From: Gemmatimonadota bacterium
GTDB lineage: Bacteria; Gemmatimonadota; Gemmatimonadetes; Gemmatimonadales; GWC2-71-9
DNA: 64,000 nt
Direction: 5' to 3'
Assembly: GCA_036679605.1 (NCBI GenBank)
Contig: JAZDCZ010000324.1
Coordinates: 32,001 to 96,000 of the forward strand
The translations under genes were made by a program, and so were the position numbers. The notes below the pieces were generated by a model that was not told the DNA's origin, ran no database searches, and saw only the letters and a list, made by a program, of their open reading frames with translations. Shown piece after piece: positions 46,175-57,157 of this stretch; position 1 is the stretch's first letter, and each line of letters starts with the position of its first letter.

Positions 46175-48088
46175 GTGGAGCTCGATTCGAAGGTTCCATC
46201 CGGTGCCATGCAGGAAAAGTGGGACAGGCATCGCTTTGAGATGAAGTTGGTGAATCCGGCGAATAAACGGAAATACGAAGTTGTCGTAGTGGGTTCGGGA
46301 CTGGCCGGTGCGTCGGTGGCGGCTTCGCTGGCTGAGCTGGGATATCGGGTAAAGTGTTTCTGCTTCCAAGATAGCCCAAGGCGCGCCCACAGCATTGCGG
46401 CGCAGGGAGGAATAAACGCGTCCAAGAATTATCAGAACGATGGAGACAGTATCTGGCGGTTGTTCTACGACACTGTAAAGGGCGGAGATTTCCGGTCGCG
46501 CGAAGCGAATGTCTACCGTTTGGCGCAGGTAAGCGCCAATATAATTGATCAGTGCACAGCACAGGGTGTGCCGTTCGCTCGTGAATATGGCGGGCTTTTG
46601 GCTAACCGGTCTTTCGGTGGAGCCCAAGTATCACGCACGTTCTACGCGCGTGGTCAAACCGGCCAGCAACTCTTGCTTGGTGCCTACCAGGCATTGGCTC
46701 GGCAAATCGGCGCAGGTGCCGTGCAGATGTATCCGCGAACCGAGATGCTGGATCTCGTCACAGTGGATGGCCACGCACGCGGGATCGTTACGCGCGACCT
46801 CGTTACCGGGCAGATCGAGGTGCACGGTGCGCATGCGGTTGTCTTGGCCACTGGTGGGTATGCCAACATCTTCTATCTATCGACTAACGCAAAAGGGTGC
46901 AACGTCACAGCGACCTGGCGTGCGCACAAGCGTGGTGCGGCGTTTGCGAATCCCTGCTATACGCAGATTCATCCTACGTGTATCCCGCCTGGTGGGGACT
47001 TTCAGTCGAAACTCACTCTGATGAGCGAATCTCTTCGCAACGATGGACGTATCTGGGTGCCCGAGAGAAAAGGTGACAATAGGCCGGCGGCGGAAATCGG
47101 AGAAACAGACCGCGACTACTACCTGGAGCGAATCTATCCGAGTTTTGGGAATCTTGTACCTCGCGACATCGCATCCCGCCGCGCGAAGGAGATGTGTGAC
47201 GATGGGCATGGAGTAGGGGAACTCCAAAACGGAGTGTTCCTCGACTTCCGTGACGCCATTCAGCGCCTGGGACAGGAGGTGATTGCGGACAGATACGGAA
47301 ACTTGTTCGAAATGTACGAGCGCATCACGGGTGACGATCCGTACAAGGTGCCGATGCGGATCTATCCGGCTCCCCACTACACGATGGGCGGGCTTTGGGT
47401 CGACTACAATCTGATGGGAACAATCCCCGGCCTCTTCGTTATCGGCGAGGCCAACTTCTCCGATCATGGTGCCAACCGCTTGGGCGCGAGTGCACTCATG
47501 CAGGGGCTGGGAGATGGATACTTCATCCTTCCCGCAACTATCGGCGACTATCTCGCTCGTGCGGGGAGCGACACGGTCAATGTAGACGGCGCCGCGTTCC
47601 GGGAATCAAAGCAACAGGCGGAGGAGCGTGCCAAGAGGCTGCTTGCCATGAATGGTAAGCGGACGGTTGATTCCTTTCACAGAGAGCTTGGTAACCTGAT
47701 GTGGGCTCACTGCGGCATGTCTCGGAGTCGGCTCAGCCTGGAAAAGGCAATCTCCGAGATACCTGCGCTACGTGACGAATTTTGGAGCAACGTGAGAGTG
47801 ACGGGTGATGGAGACGATCTCAACCAGTCACTTGAGAAGGCCGGACGAGTCGCCGATTTCCTGGAGTTTGCCGAACTGCTCTGCCATGACGCATTGCACA
47901 GAGAAGAATCGTGCGGAGCGCATTTTAGAGAAGAATATCAGACGGCGGAAGGTGAAGCGAAACGCGACGATGAGAAATTTTCCTACGTGGCTGCGTGGGA
48001 GTTCGCCGGCGTCGGCTCAGAGCCGAAGCTCCATAAGGAGGAGCTAGAGTTCGAGCACGTGCATTTGTCACAGCGGAGTTACAAGTAA
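46175..48088 (+). CDS. sdhA: Succinate dehydrogenase/fumarate reductase flavoprotein
   Basis: [31 protein letters not shown]. Confidence 0.96.
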   Translation: MELDSKVPSGAMQEKWDRHRFEMKLVNPANKRKYEVVVVGSGLAGASVAASLAELGYRVKCFCFQDSPRRAHSIAAQGGINASKNYQNDGDSIWRLFYDTVKGGDFRSREANVYRLAQVSANIIDQCTAQGVPFAREYGGLLANRSFGGAQVSRTFYARGQTGQQLLLGAYQALARQIGAGAVQMYPRTEMLDLVTVDGHARGIVTRDLVTGQIEVHGAHAVVLATGGYANIFYLSTNAKGCNVTATWRAHKRGAAFANPCYTQIHPTCIPPGGDFQSKLTLMSESLRNDGRIWVPERKGDNRPAAEIGETDRDYYLERIYPSFGNLVPRDIASRRAKEMCDDGHGVGELQNGVFLDFRDAIQRLGQEVIADRYGNLFEMYERITGDDPYKVPMRIYPAPHYTMGGLWVDYNLMGTIPGLFVIGEANFSDHGANRLGASALMQGLGDGYFILPATIGDYLARAGSDTVNVDGAAFRESKQQAEERAKRLLAMNGKRTVDSFHRELGNLMWAHCGMSRSRLSLEKAISEIPALRDEFWSNVRVTGDGDDLNQSLEKAGRVADFLEFAELLCHDALHREESCGAHFREEYQTAEGEAKRDDEKFSYVAAWEFAGVGSEPKLHKEELEFEHVHLSQRSYK

Positions 48089-48828
48089 TGAACATAGTCC
48101 TCCGCGCTTGGCGCCAAGCAGGTCCACAAGCGAAAGGCGGCTTTGTTCGCTATGAAACCGATATCAGCCCGCATGCTTCTTTCCTAGAGCTTCTCGATGT
48201 CATGAACGAAGAACTAATCGAGAAGGGTGATCTGCCAATCGCGTTCGAGCATGATTGTCGAGAGGGTATCTGTGGATCGTGCGGTGTCGTAATAAACGGG
48301 ACGCCGCACGGTCCCAGCCGGGGGACGGCCACCTGCCAGCTGCACATGAGGAGTTTCGCTGATGGGGATGAGATCTGGGTAGAGCCGTGGCGCGCCGGAG
48401 CCTTTCCCGTCATCAAGGACCTCATCGTCGATCGTAGCGCCTTGGACCAAATCATTCAGGCGGGCGGATTTATTTCTGCCCGCACAGGTAGCGCACCGGA
48501 TGCCAACTCAATTCCGATAGCCAAGGAGCATGCGGACCTAGCGATGGACGCGGCATCTTGCATAGGGTGCGGTGCCTGCGTTGCAGCCTGTCCCAATGCT
48601 TCGGCCATGCTCTTTACCGCTGCCAAGGTATCTCACTTGGGACTCGTGCCCCAGGGCCAGCCCGAACGGCTGAATCGCGCTCTTTCTATGGTCTCAGCGA
48701 TGGACGGACTGGGCTTCGGCAACTGCACCAACCACGGTGATTGTGAGATAGCGTGTCCCAAGGAAATAAGCGTCGACTTTATCGCAAGACTCAATCGCGA
48801 CCTAATCAAAGCGGCGGTGGTTTCGTAG
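48088..48828 (+). CDS. sdhB: Succinate dehydrogenase iron-sulfur subunit
   Basis: [31 protein letters not shown]. Confidence 0.96.
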   Translation: MNIVLRAWRQAGPQAKGGFVRYETDISPHASFLELLDVMNEELIEKGDLPIAFEHDCREGICGSCGVVINGTPHGPSRGTATCQLHMRSFADGDEIWVEPWRAGAFPVIKDLIVDRSALDQIIQAGGFISARTGSAPDANSIPIAKEHADLAMDAASCIGCGACVAACPNASAMLFTAAKVSHLGLVPQGQPERLNRALSMVSAMDGLGFGNCTNHGDCEIACPKEISVDFIARLNRDLIKAAVVS

Positions 48829-48856
48829 GTATAGTCGGTGGTTTGAAGACTCACCG

Positions 48857-50131
48857 ATGAGTAAATCGGCAGGGCGGAACGGCTCCCGCTTCTGGGACAG
48901 TTTCGGTCCCGGGCTACTGTGGGCGGCCGCTGCCATCGGAGTCTCACATCTGGTGCAGTCGACCAGGGCAGGTGCAACTACCGGGTTCGCTCTGGCCGGG
49001 GTGATTTTTCTGGCACTGGTTCTCAAGTTTCCCTTCTTCGAGTTTGGACCCCGCTACGCCGCAGCCACTAGGCAGTCTCTCGTCGAAGGGTACGCTAGAA
49101 TCGGCGACTGGGCCTTGTGGTTGTACCTGCTGATCACACTTGCGACGGCGCTGATATCCGAGGCGGCGATCGTTCTTTTTACAGCATTCTTGCTGCGGTT
49201 CGCCTTCGGGTTGGAGTGGTCGCTCCCGTTGACTGGTGCTATCATCACCGCGGCCTGTGCGGCTCTACTATGGCTGGGCCGATTCAGGGCGCTCGAGGGA
49301 ACAGTGAAACTGATCCTGGTTGTGTTGGGGTTGTCCACGGTCGTGGCCGCCGTCGTCACGATCCCGCACGCTGATTTCTCGACGTTTGCCGCGTGGCCGG
49401 GATCGCTGATAGGATCGGTCGTGCCATTTGCGTTCTTGCTGGCCTTGGTTGGTTGGATGCCCTCTCCGATCGATACATCGATCTGGAGTTCGCTTTGGAC
49501 TCTTGCCAAGGACGAAACGGAGAAGAGAGAGTCGTCGGTTCAGGCGGCGAGAATGGATTTTCTCATCGGTTACGTGGGGACGGGAATGCTGGCCTTTGCA
49601 TTCGTGACTCTGGGTGCCGGAGTGATGTTCGGATCGGGGGAGACCCTCAGCTCACAAGGCCCGGTATTCGCCACCCAACTGGTCGACCTCTACAGCAGGA
49701 CGCTCGGCGAGTGGACCCGACCCATGGTTCTGGCAGCGGTCCTGACGACCATGGCTTCGACCGCGCTCACCGTGATTGATGGGTTCCCTCGTGCGATAGA
49801 GCGGACCATTCTGAACCTGCGATCGCGAAAGCCGATTCAGGGAACAGTGCCCAGTTGCGGCAACCTCTATTGGACTAGCCTAGCTGCGCTTGCAGTGCTG
49901 ACCGTAGTGATTCTGTTGCTGTTCATTGGAAACCTGACGAGCATGGTGGACTTCGCTACGATAGTGTCGTTTCTGACCGCGCCGGCACTGGGATATCTGA
50001 ATTTGCGGGCTGTGACGTCGGCTGACGTACCGCCGGAGCACAGACCCGGGCGAGCGATGTTGCTCTGGTCCTGGATCGGCTTGATACTTCTGGGAGGTAC
50101 AGGGGTGGTGTATCTGATATCTCTCGTCTAA
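48857..50131 (+). CDS. NRAMP-like divalent metal transporter
   Basis: GPGLLWAAAAIGVSHLVQSTRAGA; about 11 TM segments. Confidence 0.85.
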   Translation: MSKSAGRNGSRFWDSFGPGLLWAAAAIGVSHLVQSTRAGATTGFALAGVIFLALVLKFPFFEFGPRYAAATRQSLVEGYARIGDWALWLYLLITLATALISEAAIVLFTAFLLRFAFGLEWSLPLTGAIITAACAALLWLGRFRALEGTVKLILVVLGLSTVVAAVVTIPHADFSTFAAWPGSLIGSVVPFAFLLALVGWMPSPIDTSIWSSLWTLAKDETEKRESSVQAARMDFLIGYVGTGMLAFAFVTLGAGVMFGSGETLSSQGPVFATQLVDLYSRTLGEWTRPMVLAAVLTTMASTALTVIDGFPRAIERTILNLRSRKPIQGTVPSCGNLYWTSLAALAVLTVVILLLFIGNLTSMVDFATIVSFLTAPALGYLNLRAVTSADVPPEHRPGRAMLLWSWIGLILLGGTGVVYLISLV

Positions 50132-50153
50132 ACGAGGTTGAATCGGGCGAATG

Positions 50154-50852
50154 CTAGTCTAGGGGCTCCGGGTCCCAGCGATACCCCACCTTTCTCACTG
50201 TCATGAGGTAGCGGGGTTGGGCCGCATTCTTCTCAAGCTTGCGACGGAGTTCGGCGACATGCGTGTCCACCGTTCGACTCAGAACCGAATCGTTGTACCC
50301 CCATACATCCGTCATCAACTCCAGACGCGACGCAACTGCTCCGCGGCGCCGAACAAGAGCGAGGAGAAGGTCGAATTCTTTGGGAGTAAGAGGTACGACC
50401 TCTCCGGCCCGAAGAACCCTGCGTGTCGGCGGATCAATGACTATGTCGCCGAATTGGTTTTGCGTTTCTCTTTCATCGGTGGACGGCCCCTGCGCCCTAC
50501 GCAACAAGGCTTCAATTCGGGCCAGCAGCTCAAGGACTCCAAACGGCTTGGTGACATAGTCATCTGCTCCCAAACGAAGACCACGCACCTTGTCGGTTTC
50601 GTCTCCACGCGCGGTGAGTATGAGTATGGGCATTTCATGTCCGGCACGCCGGATCTCTCGGAGGATTCGAAAGCCATCCATTCCGGGCAGCATTAGGTCA
50701 AGCACAATCAGATTTGGTTCCGACTCCAAGGCGAGCCGCAACCCCGATTCACCGTCCTCGGCAACCAGTACTTCGTAGCCCTCGATCTCCAAATTGTTGC
50801 GGAGTCCGAACGCCAAATCGCGGTTGTCTTCGACAAGTAGGATCTGTGTCAA
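50154..50852 (-). CDS. OmpR/PhoB-family response regulator
   Basis: LVEDN, LDLMLP, GADDYVTKPF, RTVDTHV..LRRKLE. Confidence 0.95.
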   Translation of the reverse strand: MTQILLVEDNRDLAFGLRNNLEIEGYEVLVAEDGESGLRLALESEPNLIVLDLMLPGMDGFRILREIRRAGHEMPILILTARGDETDKVRGLRLGADDYVTKPFGVLELLARIEALLRRAQGPSTDERETQNQFGDIVIDPPTRRVLRAGEVVPLTPKEFDLLLALVRRRGAVASRLELMTDVWGYNDSVLSRTVDTHVAELRRKLEKNAAQPRYLMTVRKVGYRWDPEPLD

Positions 50853-50859
50853 AACTAGG

Positions 50860-52533
50860 TCAGCTTCGTGCATTGGGAAATTCGACCATGAACCGTGCTC
50901 CGCCCCCGGGAGCGTCTTCGACCCAGGCAGTTCCACCATGAAGTGTGATCAGTTCTCGCACAACTGAAAGGCCGATGCCCGTGCCGGCGATAGCTTCCTT
51001 GCGATGTCTCTGATGGCGCCAGAATTTCTTCCATACTGCGTCCCGATCTTTTTGTGCGACACCAGAGCCTTGATCGTCGACCCCAATGCGTAGCGATCCG
51101 TTCCAGCGTTCGGCGGTCACTAGAATGGTTTGGTTACGTGGTCCGTACTTGAGTGCGTTGTCGAGAAGGTTGAGCAGTACCTGCCTGAAGGCCGCCGGGT
51201 CAAGCTCAGCGGTCACGTCCATGTTGAGTTCTGTTCTAACCTCAGATCCCTCGGCAGCAGCCAGCGGTACAAAGCTTTCCGTGACTTCGTGAACCAGTTG
51301 TGCGGCACGCACCCGCTCCGTATTGACTTGGATCGATCCACGTTCGGCACGAGAGAAATGGAGTACGTTCTCGACCAGGTTGGTCAGCCGTCTCGCCTCT
51401 TGATCGATTATTTCGAGCGACCGCTGCCGCTCCTTGTCTGTTCGAACTCTACCGAGTACGAGTGTTTCAGCGAACATGCGAATCTGCGCGAGTGGGGTTC
51501 GCAGCTCGTGTGACACGTTGGATATGAATTCTGTATGAAGTCGAAGAAGCTCCTGTTCACGCCGTAGTTGATACAGTGCTGCTATCACCAGGCCGATGGT
51601 GACGACCAAGAGGCCCAGCAGGAGAGGCAGGTTGGATCGAGGGAGACCACCGATGATGAGTCGCTCTGCAGCCTCCGGCCGGAGCGACACAAACGCCGCC
51701 AGCCCGCCGAACCGGCCATCGAGTTGTTGCTTCGCGTAGAACCTGGGGCCCTGGCTGGTAGCCGGTGTTCCATCCGTAGTGTTGGCCGACGAATACAGGG
51801 TCCGTCCAGAACCGTCCATCATACGAACTGTCATAACCGAATCGGGATCGAGATCCCTAATAAGCGTCGGGGGCAGCAGCGGATCGTGTTCTGCAGAGGT
51901 CGCCAGAACGCTGCGTACTCCTTCGAGGTTCGCCTGAAAGCCGAGGATCATGTTCGGTGTACCGGCGGTGTCTCGGTATACGCTGTAGATGAAAATTTGT
52001 GCGGCCGTGTCAGTTCTGACCAGAATCGCTGAGCGCCATGTTGACTGAAATGCTGTCTCTGCGTGAACTCTCAGTGTGTCACGGAGCCACGTATCTAGGG
52101 TTGCATCTCCGGATTCGTCGCTGAATTCCAGTTGCCCATCAGGCAGCGACATTCGGAAGAAGCGATCGGTTGACTGTAACGCAGCGCGCTGTAACTCGGA
52201 TGCGGACGAGATCAGTTGGGAAGGCTGCGCAAGCGGGACACTCTCCTGCTGCATTTTGTTGGAGACCAGCACCTGGAAGACAGGGTAAAAGCCGTAATAC
52301 TCCCACTCTCGCTCAACGCGGCCCGCGTACTCATGCACAGCTGCCGCTGCATAATCATGGAGCACATTCTCTGCAGTGGCCCGGTGCGAGCGCGCTGCCT
52401 GCAGCCCTTGGAAGGCCAGGACAACAACGAAGACCATTGTGAGGAGGAGAAGGATTACGACGAATCGCGATCTTGCCTCGCTCTTATTGAACCACGCTAA
52501 TTGGGGCATTTTATTTGTTTGCTTATCCGGCAC
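50860..52533 (-). CDS. Sensor histidine kinase
   Basis: Two TM segments; SHELRTPL, NLLDNALKY, D.G.G, GTGIGL. Confidence 0.95.
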   Translation of the reverse strand: MPDKQTNKMPQLAWFNKSEARSRFVVILLLLTMVFVVVLAFQGLQAARSHRATAENVLHDYAAAAVHEYAGRVEREWEYYGFYPVFQVLVSNKMQQESVPLAQPSQLISSASELQRAALQSTDRFFRMSLPDGQLEFSDESGDATLDTWLRDTLRVHAETAFQSTWRSAILVRTDTAAQIFIYSVYRDTAGTPNMILGFQANLEGVRSVLATSAEHDPLLPPTLIRDLDPDSVMTVRMMDGSGRTLYSSANTTDGTPATSQGPRFYAKQQLDGRFGGLAAFVSLRPEAAERLIIGGLPRSNLPLLLGLLVVTIGLVIAALYQLRREQELLRLHTEFISNVSHELRTPLAQIRMFAETLVLGRVRTDKERQRSLEIIDQEARRLTNLVENVLHFSRAERGSIQVNTERVRAAQLVHEVTESFVPLAAAEGSEVRTELNMDVTAELDPAAFRQVLLNLLDNALKYGPRNQTILVTAERWNGSLRIGVDDQGSGVAQKDRDAVWKKFWRHQRHRKEAIAGTGIGLSVVRELITLHGGTAWVEDAPGGGARFMVEFPNARS

Positions 52534-52652
52534 AAAGGAATCACAATCAAGATAGGTCCCTGTACGTCAAACGCTCAACGGCGAAGGGCTCAATAACCTG
52601 GAATCCTGACCGGATTCTGACATAGTCCGTGCGATTTCAGTATCTACGGACT

Positions 52653-53816
52653 CTAGAGAGGCACTGGATCTCCTGTTGTCGGGCCAACAACACGGTTGCG
52701 TCCCGCTTCTTTTGCTGCGTAGAGTCGTCGGTCGGCACAGTCAATGACGGTTCTCAAGTCCGTGCCGTCGTCAGGGACGCTTGCAACTCCGATAGAAACG
52801 GTGACACTGGATGCCTCGATTGCAACCCTGAGGCTCTCTGACTTGCTCAAAGCGCTTGCAACGGAGGTCTCCGGTAAAAGGATTACGAATTCCTCGCCAC
52901 CGTAACGCGCAACGACGTCACTCTTCCGCATGGACTTCTGCAGCATCCCGGCGATGACTCGGAGTACTTCATCGCCCACGATATGGCCGTAGTCGTCGTT
53001 GAATTTCTTGAACTCATCGATATCGATCATGATCAAGGAAAGTTCACGCTTGTAGCGAAGAGTACGCGTTATTTCTGCCTGAGCCAATTCGTCAAGAAAT
53101 CCCCGATTCATGAGGTCGGTCAAAGGGTCCTTAGCCGAGAGCCAACGGAGTCTGCGTGTACGCAGCACTGCTACGGTGCTCACCATTACAGCGCAGCCCA
53201 TTAGTACTAGGCGGCTGTAGTTGTTGGCGAGATGGAACGTGCCGTATTCGAACGGTGCGAAGCTTGGGTCGTTTAGATCCCAATGAACGTCGGCATACGC
53301 GGCCAGCGCGGCATACTGAGCTATCGCCAGCCCACCGGCCAACACACAGACACGAGGGTCGTTTCGTAGGCTCGTGGCTGCAATGGCGAGAAAATAGATC
53401 GCGAAGAGCCCACCGCTGTTGACCGCAATGTGTGGGCGGTCGGTGAGCATGAACACGAGCAGGACGCCGCTCACCAATGTCACGTCCAAGATGCCGGTCG
53501 CAAAGCCCAGAAATCGGCGAAAATCTCTGCGCTTGGCGATAACGAACACCGGCCAGGTGAGAGTCAGAGCTATTGTGGCAGCCGTCAGGCCCACTCTAGT
53601 CGAAGGTTCCGACGTGCTCCGTAGTACTTGGGTTAATGGGATGATAAGGAGGACACTGATAATTGCGAGGCGAACCTTGGCAACGGCTAGTTCTCCACGA
53701 AATCCTTCGTCCAACAATAGCGGGTCGGGCGAACGCCAGAATTCGCGCCACCCAGTCGCAAGAATACGCCGGACTCTGTGGAAGAGTGTGAGGGGGTTGA
53801 GCGAAGCTCGTATCAT
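52653..53816 (-). CDS. Membrane-bound diguanylate cyclase
   Basis: About 6 TM segments; DPLT.L.N, RKSD I-site, RYGGEEF. Confidence 0.93.
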   Translation of the reverse strand: MIRASLNPLTLFHRVRRILATGWREFWRSPDPLLLDEGFRGELAVAKVRLAIISVLLIIPLTQVLRSTSEPSTRVGLTAATIALTLTWPVFVIAKRRDFRRFLGFATGILDVTLVSGVLLVFMLTDRPHIAVNSGGLFAIYFLAIAATSLRNDPRVCVLAGGLAIAQYAALAAYADVHWDLNDPSFAPFEYGTFHLANNYSRLVLMGCAVMVSTVAVLRTRRLRWLSAKDPLTDLMNRGFLDELAQAEITRTLRYKRELSLIMIDIDEFKKFNDDYGHIVGDEVLRVIAGMLQKSMRKSDVVARYGGEEFVILLPETSVASALSKSESLRVAIEASSVTVSIGVASVPDDGTDLRTVIDCADRRLYAAKEAGRNRVVGPTTGDPVPL

Positions 53817-54041
53817 GGTTTATGACACGAACTTAAGGCCGACGGTCTGGGGGGCAAGCTATGACATATTGTTCTGGTCGCTTTCATCACTTGCCGCTAT
53901 TGTCCGTTCTCGGTGGCGCTGGGTCCGTATCGTCAATTTCGAGAACAACTTACCTAGGTACAGGGTTTCGGCCTAGCTCGCATCCCCTCTAGCGGGAGCC
54001 GGTGGCGGACTCCATGTTATGGCCGGCTCAAAACGGAGCGG

Positions 54042-56867
54042 TTGCTAGTGATCGACGCGCTGGAGCGCCTCCAGAATTCGTTGTCCGACCGCTACTCCAT
54101 CGAGCGGGAAATCGGTCATGGCGGCATGTCTGTCGTGTTGCTTGCGCGAGACCTCCGGCACGACCGGTATGTAGCCATCAAGGTACTTCGGCCCGATCTT
54201 GCTGCCACGCTTGCGGCCGAGCGCTTTCTCCGCGAGATCCGGATAGCTGCGTCTCTCCAACATCCCAACATTGTCCCGCTCTATGACTCTGGAAACACCG
54301 AAGGCCTGCTGTTCTTTGTCATGCCCTACGTGGAAGGTGAGAGTCTAAGGAATCGTCTGAACCGAGAGAAGCAGCTTCCGATTGAGGATGTCATTCAATT
54401 GACGAGCGAAGTGGCGGACGCACTGAGCTTTGCTCACAGCCACGGAATTGTTCACCGCGACATAAAGCCCGAGAACATCTTGATCTCGGAAGGCCATGCA
54501 CTAGTGGCGGATTTCGGGGTCGCCCGCGCGGTGAGACAGGCGAGTGAAGAGGGCTTGACCGAGACGGGGCTTGCCGTCGGTACACCGGCGTATATGAGCC
54601 CGGAGCAAGCGACGGGCTCTGAAGAAATCGATGGGCGGAGTGATATCTATACGCTTGGCTGCGTTGTGTACGAGATGTTGTCTGGCGAGCCCCCATTCAC
54701 CGGTCCAAGCGGACAGGCGATTCTGGCACGACAGGTGAATGAAAGGCCTCCGTCGCTTCGTGTTCTTAGGCCCACGATCTCAGTCGAGTTGGAAAGCACC
54801 GTGGAGAAGGCGCTCGCCAAAATTCCAGCGGATCGATACCGCAGCGCGGTGGAATTCGCGAATGTCATCGCGGGTCGCTCGCCCAGTGGCCATAGGGCTC
54901 CGATCGCGGCATCAGTTCGGCGGGCAAGGACCCGTGCCCTTGGCCTCGGCGCGGTCGCCGTCACCGCTCTGATCGTGTGGCGACTTCTGGCGAGTCCAAA
55001 TGTTCCGCTCAATCCCGACACTATTATGATCTTCCCACTGGATGTAAGTGGCGATGTGAACACTCAGGAAGCCGAACTCGGCGAGGACAACGCGTACCTG
55101 ATCCAGAATGCGCTTGCTGGGAGGGTACCGCTCAAATGGTTGTGCGCGTGCGAGGAGGTGTCTCTCCTGTCCGGTGCAGAGAGGGGGGCGCGAGCGCGTG
55201 AGGCAGGTGCGGGATTCTACCTACACGGCCGACTGATGCTGTTCCAGGATAGTGTCCAGACTGTTATCACGCTGCATGACGTAGCGGGAGACTCGGTGAT
55301 CTATCGCGCCGATTCGACTGGGTCACGGATCGAGGCACGACAAATGGGAACCCGTGCCATGGGCAAGCTTCTGCTATCGCTTTTGCCCGAGCAATCAGTC
55401 GACTTGTCGGCGATCGCGGGTCGGCGGCCAGAGGCAGTTCAAAGTTTTGTCGCAGGCGAACGAAGCTTCCATGCGGGGCACTTCGAGGCCGCATTCGAGT
55501 TCTATCGTGTCGCCGTAGAAGAGGACTCGGCCTTTGCGATTGCGGCGGTGAAGGCCGCTCAGGCTGCCAGCTGGCTTGACCAGCCGGAGAAAGCCAAGAA
55601 CTTGATCGCGGTAGCCCTAGAGCATGCAGATCTACTCACGGAGCGGCGTGCATCGTACGCTCGCGGCCTGGCCGCGTTTCTGAGTGACGACTCCGACGCT
55701 GTGGCGAGATCAGACTCGGCGGTGTACTGGTTTGAGCGCGCCATCGAGATCGATCCCGATTGGTTGGAGGGTTGGGTGGGACTAGGAGAGGTGTATACGC
55801 ATCTATTGCCTCGTGGACCCGGGCAGGACTCGCTGGCCCGAGATGCTTTCGCGAGAGTCTACGGAATGACCAATGGTTTCGCTCCCGTTCTGTTTCACCT
55901 CATAGAGGGCGATCTGCGGAGGGGTGATGTGGACTTCGCGGCGAGCTTGCTGGCCGAGTTCCGGCGAGCGGATCCGGATTCGGCGGCACTCTCTATTCTA
56001 GAGCTGATGTATACCTGCGTAACCAAGTCTCCATCTGCCATCGATTGGCCGGCGGCCGTACTTGAGGATGCGGAGGCTGTTTTTCAGTCAGCGAGGTGGC
56101 TCAGTGTGAAAGTAGCCAACCCGGAGTGCGCGATTTCGGGCTGGAGTGCGGTGTTGGAGAACGACACGACGGAACGGTACAGTTTCAGCTCACTGGTCGG
56201 CGTGCAGAGTCTCTTGGCCGCAACCGGCAGGGACAAAGATCTCAAGGCACTGCTGGACTCAGCCGCGGCTAGCGGTACGCCCATTGGCGGAGCGGTGTCG
56301 ACCTATTACATAGTCGATGCTATTGCTGGAGCCGAGGTGGAATCCAAGGCTCGATCGGTGGCGAAAGATCTGCGGCGCGGCTTTCAAGCCGGCACGCTAA
56401 ACGCGCCACGGCTATGGTTGCTAGGTGTTTGGGATGCCAACCGAGGCCATGTCATAGAGGCGAGCGCGATCAGAGATACGCTCAGGCGTGCGGCTGTTTC
56501 CGGTGACCGCGTGGCTAGTTTGACCGCCACCAGTATGGCGGCGCACGTCGCGCTGGCCGAGGCAGACACCGCAAAGGCGATCGAGCTATTGGAATCGCTT
56601 AGTCCAACGGCGACAAGAGGCAATCTGACTTGGCGTCCTTGGGAATCCCTCGGCCTGGAATGGCTGACCCTGGCCCGAATCTATGCAGCTCGCGAACAAT
56701 TTGATGACGCACTCAGGGTCGCAGGGAACATCGATGCGCCGGGCTCTGTCGCGAATCTCATTTTCTTGCCGGCGAGCCTGGAACTCCGGGCCGCAGCGGC
56801 AGAGAAGCTAGGTAACAAGAAGTTGGCACGGGCGCTTGCGTCGCGAATGGAGAGGCTCACGCGTTGA
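54042..56867 (+). CDS. Transmembrane Ser/Thr kinase with C-terminal TolB-N-like/TPR region
   Basis: VAIK, HRDIKPEN, DFG, GTPAYMSPEQ; TM near aa 300-317; helical repeats. Confidence 0.93.
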   Translation: MLVIDALERLQNSLSDRYSIEREIGHGGMSVVLLARDLRHDRYVAIKVLRPDLAATLAAERFLREIRIAASLQHPNIVPLYDSGNTEGLLFFVMPYVEGESLRNRLNREKQLPIEDVIQLTSEVADALSFAHSHGIVHRDIKPENILISEGHALVADFGVARAVRQASEEGLTETGLAVGTPAYMSPEQATGSEEIDGRSDIYTLGCVVYEMLSGEPPFTGPSGQAILARQVNERPPSLRVLRPTISVELESTVEKALAKIPADRYRSAVEFANVIAGRSPSGHRAPIAASVRRARTRALGLGAVAVTALIVWRLLASPNVPLNPDTIMIFPLDVSGDVNTQEAELGEDNAYLIQNALAGRVPLKWLCACEEVSLLSGAERGARAREAGAGFYLHGRLMLFQDSVQTVITLHDVAGDSVIYRADSTGSRIEARQMGTRAMGKLLLSLLPEQSVDLSAIAGRRPEAVQSFVAGERSFHAGHFEAAFEFYRVAVEEDSAFAIAAVKAAQAASWLDQPEKAKNLIAVALEHADLLTERRASYARGLAAFLSDDSDAVARSDSAVYWFERAIEIDPDWLEGWVGLGEVYTHLLPRGPGQDSLARDAFARVYGMTNGFAPVLFHLIEGDLRRGDVDFAASLLAEFRRADPDSAALSILELMYTCVTKSPSAIDWPAAVLEDAEAVFQSARWLSVKVANPECAISGWSAVLENDTTERYSFSSLVGVQSLLAATGRDKDLKALLDSAAASGTPIGGAVSTYYIVDAIAGAEVESKARSVAKDLRRGFQAGTLNAPRLWLLGVWDANRGHVIEASAIRDTLRRAAVSGDRVASLTATSMAAHVALAEADTAKAIELLESLSPTATRGNLTWRPWESLGLEWLTLARIYAAREQFDDALRVAGNIDAPGSVANLIFLPASLELRAAAAEKLGNKKLARALASRMERLTR

Positions 56868-56905
56868 GACACTAGGATCAATCACCGTCGGAGAAAGGCA
56901 AAGAG

Positions 56906-57148
56906 ATGAGTAAGGGACAGAACAGAACTCGGAAAACCGCATATCGAACCGGGCCTGGCGGTAACGTTGCGCTTCCTGCGACTGCCGAGACGAAGCCCGA
57001 TAGAGATGCTCTATTGGCATTCCTCAGGGCTTGGTTCGAGGACTTTGAGGCCTGGGGCCAGGACATACGAGATGACATTGTTCGTCTCGAAGGCCACGCC
57101 GGATTTCCAACGGGCGACCCGGGTGATCCGCCAGGCGGGCCGTTCTAG
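56906..57148 (+). CDS. Small protein with amphipathic helix and GDPGDPP tail
   Basis: Purine-rich RBS; 80 aa directly downstream of the kinase. Confidence 0.65.
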   Translation: MSKGQNRTRKTAYRTGPGGNVALPATAETKPDRDALLAFLRAWFEDFEAWGQDIRDDIVRLEGHAGFPTGDPGDPPGGPF

Positions 57149-57157
57149 AGGTTAGAA

